Source: a virus. From it: a stretch of DNA of 64,000 nucleotides. Position 1 is the stretch's first letter. Each line of letters opens with the position of its first letter. Positions 30,568 through 39,467 of the stretch are shown here, in pieces. Both the position numbers and the translations under genes were made by a program. The notes under the pieces were generated by a model. It was not told the origin of the DNA. It ran no database searches and saw nothing but the letters and a program-made list of their open reading frames with translations. The stretch covers positions 21,192-85,191 of the IMG/VR virus record IMGVR_UViG_3300020392_000010, one strand, 5' to 3'.

Positions 30568-31312
30568 TTATTTACCGCCTAGCTTAACTCAGTGGTCCCC
30601 TGAATTTGATTGCTCGTACATTTACCCTAAGTATAAAACATATATTGAAAATAATTATATGTTAACTCTAAGGCATAAAAATAAAATAGAATGTGAAACC
30701 ATGAAAAAACTTTATAACAAATATGAAGTTAAAAAGTTTTTTGAAAAGCACGGTTTAAATATACCTACACTATATTGTTATTCTACTAAAGATTCTGATA
30801 TTTCACATGCGTTAAGAGAAAAATATGTTGCTAAACCTGCTCACATGTCAGAGAATGATGGAGTTTTTATTAACGATAAAGACTTTGAAAAAGTAGATAA
30901 AAAACTTAGAGAATGTTTAAAGTCTTCACCAAGATCAACTGAACCGGAAATGATGAAACAAGCTGAAAAAGGCATGTTAGTTGAAGAGTATATTGAACAT
31001 GATTATGAATTTAAGGTATTTGTACTATATGGGTGCCCAATAGTTGGTGATTTAAGAAACGGATCAAAAGAATGGCATAGAGTAGATATGATAGATAAAA
31101 ACAATAATTATTTTAATTGGAATAAGGAATACGAAATATGTAAACATATTGCAAAAGAACTAAAAATAGATTTTTTTAGAATAGATTTTTTTTACAATAA
31201 AAAAGAGGACAAATTTTATGCAGGGGAAATGGCATTTAGACCTTCTACGCTACTTGGTAAAGAAATAGAAAAATTTATACTCTCTAAGTGGAAAAAAATG
31301 GCTAAATACTAA
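30554..31312 (+). CDS. ATP-grasp amide ligase (TupA-like)
   Basis: NKYEVK, YVAKPAHMS, LVEEYI, EFKVFV, FRIDFF, YAGEMAFRP. Confidence 0.8.
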   Translation: MKYYNYLPPSLTQWSPEFDCSYIYPKYKTYIENNYMLTLRHKNKIECETMKKLYNKYEVKKFFEKHGLNIPTLYCYSTKDSDISHALREKYVAKPAHMSENDGVFINDKDFEKVDKKLRECLKSSPRSTEPEMMKQAEKGMLVEEYIEHDYEFKVFVLYGCPIVGDLRNGSKEWHRVDMIDKNNNYFNWNKEYEICKHIAKELKIDFFRIDFFYNKKEDKFYAGEMAFRPSTLLGKEIEKFILSKWKKMAKY

Positions 31313-31749
31313 GAAATTATAAGCTTTCCACAAACTATACCAAGTGCTCCAAATACTATTAGCAAAATCAAACCTAACCATGATCCTTTAGTGGCTCTTT
31401 TAGAATTCATTGCAAATGCAAAATAATAAGAAGCCGCTACAAAAAACAAAATAATGTTTGAAAACAAATCATTTTTAGAAGGATTAGTGTATATAACTAA
31501 TATAGATGCAAGAAACGCTTGAGCAAATGGAAATAACGCTGCGAGAACTATTGTGTATGGTTTTTCATAGTTTACCTTAAGCCACCTAGTAAAAATCCTG
31601 GTCCTTACCTGAAGGCCTTTTATCAGCGTTCTTCTCTTAATATTATACGATATATATGAAGCTCTAAGGTTTAAATAAAGCACAAGAGTATACGTAAATA
31701 TTCCAAGAGTAGGAAGTGCAAAAATACATAGAAACATTAAAATATCCAT
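31309..31749 (-). CDS. Membrane protein (about 4 TM)
   Basis: Several hydrophobic segments in a 146-aa ORF. Confidence 0.55.
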   Translation of the reverse strand: MDILMFLCIFALPTLGIFTYTLVLYLNLRASYISYNIKRRTLIKGLQVRTRIFTRWLKVNYEKPYTIVLAALFPFAQAFLASILVIYTNPSKNDLFSNIILFFVAASYYFAFAMNSKRATKGSWLGLILLIVFGALGIVCGKLIIS

Positions 31750-31860
31750 CGCTGAAATACGTTTATTCTTATATAATAATGGGCTCTCACATAATATGTG
31801 ATTACGTAATATTTTATTGTTAAATATTAAAAATAATTGTAAAATTGCACACTTAATCAG

Positions 31861-32493
31861 CTATATGCCTAATATATTTGATATGTACTCATCGGCTTGT
31901 ACTTTACCCGATAATATATGATTTTTTATAATCTCATTTTGAAGAAATTGCTTATGAAATTTTAGTCTTCCTTTGTTTAATTCTCCTGGGTCAGATGTCT
32001 CTGGAATATAATTCTTGATGTGATGGTTATTGAAATCTGTCTCTGAATACATAGACATTCCAGTTATGTAAAATGATTCAGGGTTCATGTTAATTATTTC
32101 ATCTATGATATAAGTTCCCATTAAAGGAGCTGCCTTAATACGCTTTTTATATTTAAAAAATTCCTTATGTATTAGTCTTATTTTAAGATTAGGGTTTCTA
32201 TATCTCATATATAATTTTCTATAGTCATATTTTAAAGATAAATATTTTAAACCATTTATTCTATAGTCTTTAATAGACATATCCCCATGTATGGCAAAAT
32301 GCTGATTTACATACAAAGAATCACAACGCTTACCGTAATCTTTTTGTAATTCTTTAATTACAGGAAATGCACCGTTTGTTCTAATTACAATATCGTGAGA
32401 ATCTATAAACAGTCCTTTCTTTTTACCAATTAAAGTAACCGCGGGACCTACAAATATTACTCGCTTACCTTTAATAAAGTTACTATAATCCAC
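31861..32493 (-). CDS. GT29-like sialyltransferase
   Basis: Sialylmotif-L-like VIFVGPAVTL....GLFIDSHDIVIRTNGA....DYGKRC; motif-S-like PLMG...YITG; C-terminal H...E. Confidence 0.75.
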   Translation of the reverse strand: MDYSNFIKGKRVIFVGPAVTLIGKKKGLFIDSHDIVIRTNGAFPVIKELQKDYGKRCDSLYVNQHFAIHGDMSIKDYRINGLKYLSLKYDYRKLYMRYRNPNLKIRLIHKEFFKYKKRIKAAPLMGTYIIDEIINMNPESFYITGMSMYSETDFNNHHIKNYIPETSDPGELNKGRLKFHKQFLQNEIIKNHILSGKVQADEYISNILGI

Positions 32494-32497
32494 TTGT

Positions 32498-33355
32498 TTA
32501 TTTTCTAAGAGATTTCATTTTTTCAAGTTCTGATCCTATTACTTTTCTTGGACCATACCCTGACATAGCTTTTTCTATGTCTCTAATACCTTTTACTAGT
32601 TTTATAAGTCCGCCCGGTTCAACTGAAGCCATTTGATCAGAACCCCATAATGTTCTGTCTAATGTAATATGCCTTTCTATCCAAGTAGCACCTATTGGAA
32701 TAGTAGCCATTGTAGTGACTAATCCAAATTCATGCCCTGAATATCCAACTTCTGATTCTGTATTTTTAATAAGCCATTTTATATAGCCTAAATTAAGTTC
32801 ATTTATAGGCGAAGGATATGTTGAATTGGTGTGCATTATTACTTCTGGTTTACAGGTTTTAATGCACTTTTGAACCTCTTCTTCTGTACTCATTCCGGTG
32901 CTTATTATCAAAAAATCAGACTTGTCTTTTGCATACGAACATAGGTCAATGTTTGTTATTAAAGCAGATGGAATCTTCATAATAAAACTACCATGGTTAG
33001 AATAATTATTGTCTGTAATAAAGTCAACGGATAACTTATCCCAAACTGAAACAAACCAACCTATTTCTTTTTCTTGACAATACCTGTCTATTTCGTCAAA
33101 CTCTTTCTTACCAAATTCTATATCATGCTTATACTGAATATATGTAATTTCTTCTTCTCTCCATGGAACACGCTTAGGTTTATTTTTTTGATCATCAGGT
33201 ACGCATATATCGGGTGTTCTTTTTTGAAATTTTACCCAATTACAACCTGCTACACACGCTGCGTCTATTAGTTTTTTTGCGTTATCTAAAAACTTAGATT
33301 TATCGTTTCCATATGCATAATTTATGCCTATTTCAGCTATTATTTTTACAGCCAT
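32498..33355 (-). CDS. neuB: Nonulosonic (sialic) acid synthase, NeuB family, lacking C-terminal SAF domain
   Basis: IIAEIGIN, VKFQKR, KIPSA, IISTGMS, HTNSTYP, GYSGHE, IERHITLDR, GSDQ. Confidence 0.93.
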   Translation of the reverse strand: MAVKIIAEIGINYAYGNDKSKFLDNAKKLIDAACVAGCNWVKFQKRTPDICVPDDQKNKPKRVPWREEEITYIQYKHDIEFGKKEFDEIDRYCQEKEIGWFVSVWDKLSVDFITDNNYSNHGSFIMKIPSALITNIDLCSYAKDKSDFLIISTGMSTEEEVQKCIKTCKPEVIMHTNSTYPSPINELNLGYIKWLIKNTESEVGYSGHEFGLVTTMATIPIGATWIERHITLDRTLWGSDQMASVEPGGLIKLVKGIRDIEKAMSGYGPRKVIGSELEKMKSLRK

Positions 33356-33356
33356 G

Positions 33357-33992
33357 CTATTTTTTATTTTTTTTAAACTCGTTTAAATCATCTAACGTAT
33401 CTACATCTATCACTTTTTTATTTATGGGTAAAAAATAAGTATTGTTATTATATAAGTTATTATTTAAATTATTTATTACATTTGACTTAAACAAACATAT
33501 ATAATGACTTAATTCAAAGCATTCAGGGTAATCTTGTCTTCTATATAAATCATGATGAAAAAGTTGAGAACCTTTGTTATTTTTTTCCTCTTTTAGCATC
33601 AAAAAAGGACTAATATCTAGTGGGTGCTTACATAATAAAGAGTCTAGATTAAGCGAGTCAAAACAAACCATAGCTGTTTGAACATCTTTCCATTTCCTAA
33701 GCGGATAGGTTAAATATAACATTAAAATCGTTTCATCTAGTATATTTAAAGTATCTATAGTATATTTCATTATATCTTTAGAAGAAGCTTTATCAGAAGA
33801 CACCTCTGGTGTTCTATTTAAAACATTAAACTTATATTTAATGGCCTGTTTTTTTATATGTTCGTCATCTGTAGTTACATATGTTAAGTGCTTCATTGCT
33901 TCTGGTATAATATTAGCAGTATATTCAAATAGTTTTCTATTTTTTAAAGGAACGCCTTTTGAACCTTTTCTAGCTGGTATAATTATTTTCAT
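33357..33992 (-). CDS. neuA: Acylneuraminate cytidylyltransferase (CMP-nonulosonate synthetase)
   Basis: IIPARKGSKGVPLKN, LTYPLR, RRQD, DVDTLDD. Confidence 0.92.
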   Translation of the reverse strand: MKIIIPARKGSKGVPLKNRKLFEYTANIIPEAMKHLTYVTTDDEHIKKQAIKYKFNVLNRTPEVSSDKASSKDIMKYTIDTLNILDETILMLYLTYPLRKWKDVQTAMVCFDSLNLDSLLCKHPLDISPFLMLKEEKNNKGSQLFHHDLYRRQDYPECFELSHYICLFKSNVINNLNNNLYNNNTYFLPINKKVIDVDTLDDLNEFKKNKK

Positions 33993-34597
33993 AAAGATTT
34001 AAATTTTTCTATTGATATTTTAGGTAATGAATCTATTTTACTATCTTGACTTAAATTATAAAAGTCTACGTTTCTTTTATTTAATTGTAACTTTAATACT
34101 CTATAGCCTTCGTTAACTTGTTTCAATTTATTCATTTGCGATAAAGGATGATCACCATCTTTTATATAAAAGTGATGAGGTGTAAAATCAACGCCTATTA
34201 ACCCTATTTTTGAAAAACCCATTTTATAAGCTATGCATACGGCTACATAAGGTGAATTTAAACAGTAATCAACTTTATTATCTGAATCTAGATTGGAAAG
34301 CCTACGATTTCCTAGCTCAAAAATTATTGTTTTTTTATTATTCCAGCCTTTTACGCATGTAAATAAAGCTTTAGTAGAAGATTCAGTTATTAAATTTCTT
34401 CTATTTTGATTAAATCTAATTGGGTGATCTGTTACTACTAAATAAGTAGGGGTAAATAGTGCTGGTACATCATTAACACCTATTGTTATAAAGTTTTTAT
34501 AGTTACTTTTTATTTTATTTAAAGACACGCCGCAACCGCATACTATAACAGACTCTCCTTTATGAATATTTTTAAAGTTTGATAAAGTATTTGTCAT
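33989..34597 (-). CDS. Sialyltransferase-like protein (Maf/DUF115-type motif)
   Basis: FKNIHKGESVIVCGCGVSL...TIGVN...AYKMGFSKIGLIGVDF; probable start ATG 34597. Confidence 0.65.
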   Translation of the reverse strand: MTNTLSNFKNIHKGESVIVCGCGVSLNKIKSNYKNFITIGVNDVPALFTPTYLVVTDHPIRFNQNRRNLITESSTKALFTCVKGWNNKKTIIFELGNRRLSNLDSDNKVDYCLNSPYVAVCIAYKMGFSKIGLIGVDFTPHHFYIKDGDHPLSQMNKLKQVNEGYRVLKLQLNKRNVDFYNLSQDSKIDSLPKISIEKFKSL

Positions 34598-34652
34598 TTT
34601 CGATATATAAATTAAACTACATTGTTTTATACAAAAAAACCTAATCAATGTT

Positions 34653-35597
34653 TTGAATAAAAATTATTATAAAATATTAGAAGTAGAAGAAAACGCTACT
34701 CAAAAAGATATAAAGGCATCATATAGAAAATTAGCTAAAAAATATCACCCCGATACAAATAAAGAAAATAAATCATATGAAGAAAAATTTAAACAAGTAG
34801 CTGAGGCATATGATACACTAGGAGATTCTGAAAAAAGAAAAAACTACGATGAATCTAGAAGAAATCCATATCAAAGAAATAATTTTGGAGGATTTAAACA
34901 ATCCGGATTTGGATTTGAAGGAGGGTTTGGATTTGACGAATTTGTAAAAAGCGCATTTAATAGAAATAGCGCAAGAAATAATAATACCAGTAGATTAAAT
35001 ATAAAAGTTAAAACACAGGCTGATCTACAGGATTTAATTAATGAATCTGAAATAAAAGTTTTATTTGAGAGAAAACTTTTTGATAAATCAAAAGAAAATA
35101 AAGAAATAAAGTTTAAAATAGATTTAAGAAAAAGAAAATATGATATTAGAAAAATATCAAATGATTATGTTATAGTCATAAAACTATCGGGTTTAGGGGA
35201 CGAACTAAAAGGAATACGAAATAACGCATGGGGAGGATCAGAAGAATTTCATGCAATAGGTGATCTAATAGTTGAAATAAAAATAATATCTAAAGTTGAT
35301 TTTAAAATAGAAGACGGAAACATACATGAAAACATAAACATAAACCTATATGATGTGCTGTTTAATAAAGACAGGGACTACATAGTAAATTCTGCCCTTG
35401 GTAAAAAATATAGATTAGATATATGTAATCCAAAAAATTTAAGCTCTTTAAAATTTACTGTTAAATCTAATGGAGTAGTAGGTAATAATAATAAATTAGG
35501 AGACTATGTTGCTAACTTAATAGTTAACTCTCCAGATTTAAGTAAAATGAATAATCAAGACTTAAAAAATTTAAAGGATATTTTATCTAAAGTATAA
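34653..35597 (+). CDS. dnaJ: DnaJ-family co-chaperone without Zn finger
   Basis: [38 protein letters not shown]; G/F-rich linker. Confidence 0.88.
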   Translation: MNKNYYKILEVEENATQKDIKASYRKLAKKYHPDTNKENKSYEEKFKQVAEAYDTLGDSEKRKNYDESRRNPYQRNNFGGFKQSGFGFEGGFGFDEFVKSAFNRNSARNNNTSRLNIKVKTQADLQDLINESEIKVLFERKLFDKSKENKEIKFKIDLRKRKYDIRKISNDYVIVIKLSGLGDELKGIRNNAWGGSEEFHAIGDLIVEIKIISKVDFKIEDGNIHENININLYDVLFNKDRDYIVNSALGKKYRLDICNPKNLSSLKFTVKSNGVVGNNNKLGDYVANLIVNSPDLSKMNNQDLKNLKDILSKV

Positions 35598-35669
35598 CTT
35601 TATACGTGTATAGTATTTTTTTATTTTTTATACTGTTTTTCTTTATAAATAATAAAAAATAGATTTTGC

Positions 35670-37673
35670 GTGAATAATTCAAGCTTAAAACCAAGTAATT
35701 TCATAGACGTTTCTGATAAAAAAGAAAATGATTTAGTATTGATCGTTGAAAACGTAGGTGAAAAACTTAATGTAAAAACCAATGAAACTAACAACACTAT
35801 TTTAGAAGGTGTATGCGCAGTTTTTGGACAAAAGAATAACAATCAAAGAGTTTACGAAAAAGATGAATACTTGCCTCATCTAGAATACTTAAAGGAAAAA
35901 ATTAAGACAAGGCAACTTGTTGGAGATTTAGATCATCCGCCTTCTTTTGAAGTTACTCTTAAAAGCGCTTCTCATATAATTGAAGGCTTAGACCATGATG
36001 GAGGAGATAAAGTAAACATTAAACTTAGAATTTTAGAAAACACGCCAAATGGAAAAATTGCAAAAGCATTAATAGATGGAGGAGTTAATATATCTATTTC
36101 ATCGAGAGCAGCAGGTCAAGTTTTAAACGAAGGTAAAGTTAAACTTCATAGAATATTTACATACGATTTAGTTGCTGAACCGGGGTTTACAGAAGCTGTT
36201 TTAAAGAAAACAGTTAACGAATCCTTAAAAGAAAATTTCGAAATGATAACTGAAAATTATAGTTTATTAAAAGAAAATTCTTTTATAAATAAAGAAAAGT
36301 TAGAAGATATCTCTGAAAATTTAAATTTTTCAAATAATTATAAATTTTACAAGATAAATAACAAAAATAATAAAGAGCTGACTAATAGTTTAAGCAATCA
36401 AAATAATAAGAGCAAAATGAACGAGTATGTTAATAAAAATGATATGAATCATTATACTGAGATAGTTAAAGAGAAATTTGAATCATTACAAGCTGAAATG
36501 GACAAAATTAAGTCTGTTAATGAAGCTGATTCAAAAGAGGTGAAAACAACAGATGTTTCACCAACTTCAGGTATTGGAAAATACGTTAATTATTTAGCTG
36601 AAAAAGTAGAAAACTTAACTAAGTACACTGACTACTTGTCTGGTAAATTAAACCAATCTGTTAAGTACACTGAACATGTAGCCGAAACTACTAACAATAG
36701 TATAGAATATCAAAACTACATTGGTGAAAAACTTAATCAGAGTTTAAATTATCAAAACTATTTAGGTGAAAACTTAAATAAAAGCATTAATTACCAAGAT
36801 TATTTAAAAGAGAACTTAAATAAAAGTATTAATTATCAAACATACCTTGCTGAAGAATTAGATAAAGGCATTCAATATACTGAATATGTAGCAGAAGGTG
36901 CTAATAAAGGAATTGAATTTGCTGAATATATTGCTGAAAATGCTCAAATGAATAGAGAATACGTTGAATACGTAGCAGAAAAATCTTCAAAAGGAATTAG
37001 TTATGCTGAATATATTGCTGAATCATTAAACTCAGGTAAATTTACTCCTAATTCTAACTTATTAAGCAATGTTAGCGGATTAAATGAAAACAAGCAAATT
37101 GAAATGATTACTGAAGGAATAGATGCTGTAATAAACACAGTCAAAAGTGAATCAGCTAGTGCCGTACTAGAAAATAAATATCCTTTCTTAAAAGTATTAT
37201 CTGAAAAGAAAAAAGAAGCATTTTATGATCTAGATACTAATACTAAACAAGCTGTTGTAGAAGCAGTTAGAGCTTCAGTATGGTTTAATGAAGCAGATGT
37301 AACTGGTATTATTAGTGCAGTCGTAGAAAACGCTAATAAGTCTATTCCAAACCATCTTAGATATATGCCAGATGAGTATAAAGCATCTTGGGAGAAGATG
37401 AATGAAGCTGAAAAAAATCAAATTCATACTAAAACTCAACTTTATACTTTAAATACTCCTTATCAAGTTAAATCTTTCTGGGATGAAATAGATTTCAGAG
37501 GAATTAATGAAAGAATTGAAAGAGAAAAAGAAAATAGAAAATTACAACAAATCAACGAGAGCCAAAGTACAGAAGGTGCAATCCCGGTAGACAGGGTAGT
37601 TGATATGACGAGAGGTTACTCTCAGACTTACATAGACTCTCTTATGAGAGGTGCGGAAAATCGCAACAAATAA
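35670..37673 (+). CDS. gp21: Prohead protease (gp21-like) fused to scaffold/core domain
   Basis: ILEGV..KNNNQRVY, GDLDHP, ASH, TPNGKI, ISSRAAG, YDLVAEPGF; then about 420 aa helical repeat region; directly upstream of major capsid gene. Confidence 0.88.
   Translation: MNNSSLKPSNFIDVSDKKENDLVLIVENVGEKLNVKTNETNNTILEGVCAVFGQKNNNQRVYEKDEYLPHLEYLKEKIKTRQLVGDLDHPPSFEVTLKSASHIIEGLDHDGGDKVNIKLRILENTPNGKIAKALIDGGVNISISSRAAGQVLNEGKVKLHRIFTYDLVAEPGFTEAVLKKTVNESLKENFEMITENYSLLKENSFINKEKLEDISENLNFSNNYKFYKINNKNNKELTNSLSNQNNKSKMNEYVNKNDMNHYTEIVKEKFESLQAEMDKIKSVNEADSKEVKTTDVSPTSGIGKYVNYLAEKVENLTKYTDYLSGKLNQSVKYTEHVAETTNNSIEYQNYIGEKLNQSLNYQNYLGENLNKSINYQDYLKENLNKSINYQTYLAEELDKGIQYTEYVAEGANKGIEFAEYIAENAQMNREYVEYVAEKSSKGISYAEYIAESLNSGKFTPNSNLLSNVSGLNENKQIEMITEGIDAVINTVKSESASAVLENKYPFLKVLSEKKKEAFYDLDTNTKQAVVEAVRASVWFNEADVTGIISAVVENANKSIPNHLRYMPDEYKASWEKMNEAEKNQIHTKTQLYTLNTPYQVKSFWDEIDFRGINERIEREKENRKLQQINESQSTEGAIPVDRVVDMTRGYSQTYIDSLMRGAENRNK
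36573..37028 (+). repeat. About 11 degenerate 14-aa (42-nt) repeats, consensus N(K/Q)S(I/L)xY(Q/A/T)xY(L/I/V)xE
   Basis: NNSIEYQNYIGEKL/NQSLNYQNYLGENL/NKSINYQDYLKENL/NKSINYQTYLAEEL/DKGIQYTEYVAEGA/NKGIEFAEYIAENA... Confidence 0.9.
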
Positions 37674-37690
37674 AAAAAATCAAATAGAAA

Positions 37691-39394
37691 ATGTCACGTA
37701 CAAAAGTTTTTAAACGTACTTCAGATTCTAGAATCCTTAATACTTGGAAGCCATTATTGGAAAGCCATGGTGTTAGTGCTGAAAGCGGGAAACAAGAGTG
37801 GTTAGCAGAATATGCTCACAACCATGCTATTTTTGATAATAGCGCTCCTGTATTTGAGCAAACTGCACCTGGGTTGTTTTTTCAACAACCAGGTTCTGTA
37901 TTAGGTAGAGGCGCTGCTGTAGCACCTACTGCCAGTCAGACGCCTTTTTCAGATGCTGGTGTTAAAGGTTCTTATGCCGATTCTGGTTCTGGAGATAAGT
38001 TTCCATCGTTACTTCCAGTTGCTATTCAAGTAGCTGCAAAAACGATTGGGTTTGATCTTGTTCCTGTTGTGCCTATGGATTCTCCTGTTGGGTTCTTACC
38101 TTACTTAGATTATTTATATGCAGGCGGTCGAACAGATTCAGAATTTGAACCATATATGGTTAAAATTGAAGGAGCAACAGTAGATGCTCTTGAAACTGCA
38201 GGTTTCGCCGGAGTTAATGACGGAACAAACGCCAATCAGGCAATCACAATCGCTGGTGCTCAAGGTTCTTACGAATTAGTAGGATTCTCAAGAGTAGATG
38301 GTTTATTAATAATGAAAGTTCTTAATGACGGTCTTAACCCAGCTGCAAGTGTTGATGCTGACCTTTCAGGTAATAATATTACTGCGATTGGTTCAACGAA
38401 CGGTACTTTCCAAATAGCTGGAGCGGTATCATTGGTTTCTGCTTTAGAAAACCATATCTCTGGATTTACATCTCAGTCAACTGAGGTTCAAGATCCTGAT
38501 TTTGTTGGTCCTTACTTACCTGAAACAGGTGGTGTTCCTGGATCAATGACAAGAGAACAAAGTGAATTGTCTAAATACAGACAAATGGGTCTTAGAATGT
38601 TCACTAAATTTGTTGAAGCTAAATCTGATCAAGTGTCTATCTCAGCATCTGTTGAGCAGATCCAAGATCTTAACAGAGTTTGGAACTTCGACGTTATCTC
38701 TATGTTAGAGAACGTTGCAGTTAACGAACTTGCACAGTCTATCAACAAAAGATTGGTTGACAGAATCTTCACATTAGCTGATGATCACAATGTTGAAGTA
38801 AACATGGTAGAGGGCGCTGGAATCACTACACTAGACTTAAATGCTGGTACCGGTGGTTTTGAGAACACTTCTACTCTTCAAAGAAGATTAGTCACTAAGA
38901 TTCTTGAATTAGCAAACTTAATTTACCATAGAGGTAGATTTGGTGCTGGTACATTCATGATTACCAACGGTAGAGTTGCATCTGCATTAGCTGATGTTGC
39001 TGGTTACTCAATTGCACAGGCTCCATCTGATATGGGCGGTGTTGCTGGTAACCTATACCCAGCTGGTAAAGTTTATGGTGTTCAAGTATATGTTGATCCT
39101 AACTTAAGCTTTGGAGATTCTAGAATCTGCATTGGTCGTAAAGGATCTGATGAAGAACCAGGTGTTAAATTCTTACCATATATTATGGCTGAGTCTTTAC
39201 AAACTATCTCAGAAGGTACTTTCTCACCAAAAATTGGAATGAAATCACGTTATGCGATTACTGAAGCAGGATGGCATCCAGAAACTCAATATGTAAATAT
39301 GGAAGTTACTGGAGACTTAGCTGTTCTTACAGGCGGAGCTGCCCCAAGTGGACCAGCTACACCATCACCAGTTGCACCAATAGTTGCACCATAA
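37691..39394 (+). CDS. gp23: Major capsid protein (T4 gp23-like)
   Basis: WKPLLE, LVPVVPMDSPVG, EQIQDL, ELAQSINK, GRFGAGTFMI, VYVDP, PYIM, FSPKIGMKSRY; followed by a terminator. Confidence 0.92.
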   Translation: MSRTKVFKRTSDSRILNTWKPLLESHGVSAESGKQEWLAEYAHNHAIFDNSAPVFEQTAPGLFFQQPGSVLGRGAAVAPTASQTPFSDAGVKGSYADSGSGDKFPSLLPVAIQVAAKTIGFDLVPVVPMDSPVGFLPYLDYLYAGGRTDSEFEPYMVKIEGATVDALETAGFAGVNDGTNANQAITIAGAQGSYELVGFSRVDGLLIMKVLNDGLNPAASVDADLSGNNITAIGSTNGTFQIAGAVSLVSALENHISGFTSQSTEVQDPDFVGPYLPETGGVPGSMTREQSELSKYRQMGLRMFTKFVEAKSDQVSISASVEQIQDLNRVWNFDVISMLENVAVNELAQSINKRLVDRIFTLADDHNVEVNMVEGAGITTLDLNAGTGGFENTSTLQRRLVTKILELANLIYHRGRFGAGTFMITNGRVASALADVAGYSIAQAPSDMGGVAGNLYPAGKVYGVQVYVDPNLSFGDSRICIGRKGSDEEPGVKFLPYIMAESLQTISEGTFSPKIGMKSRYAITEAGWHPETQYVNMEVTGDLAVLTGGAAPSGPATPSPVAPIVAP

Positions 39395-39434
39395 TAGCAT
39401 TTCAGTTTAATTTTAACAGAGAAGTTATAATATT

Positions 39435-39463
39435 AAAGGGAATCTTAACGATTCCCTTTTTTT
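39435..39463 (+). terminator. Intrinsic terminator between convergent genes
   Basis: AAA-GGGAATC-ttaac-GATTCCC-TTTTTTT; same stem as 9396-9425. Confidence 0.85.
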
Positions 39464-39467
39464 ATGT

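Noticed and set aside
31750-31860. Structured ncRNA or tRNA in the intergenic gap
   Set aside because: Only short AT-rich hairpins (e.g. tcacat-aat-atgtga); no cloverleaf or T-loop motif
36573-37028. CRISPR-like array from the 42-nt periodicity
   Set aside because: Repeats are degenerate, in frame and conserved as protein; no unique spacers or cas genes
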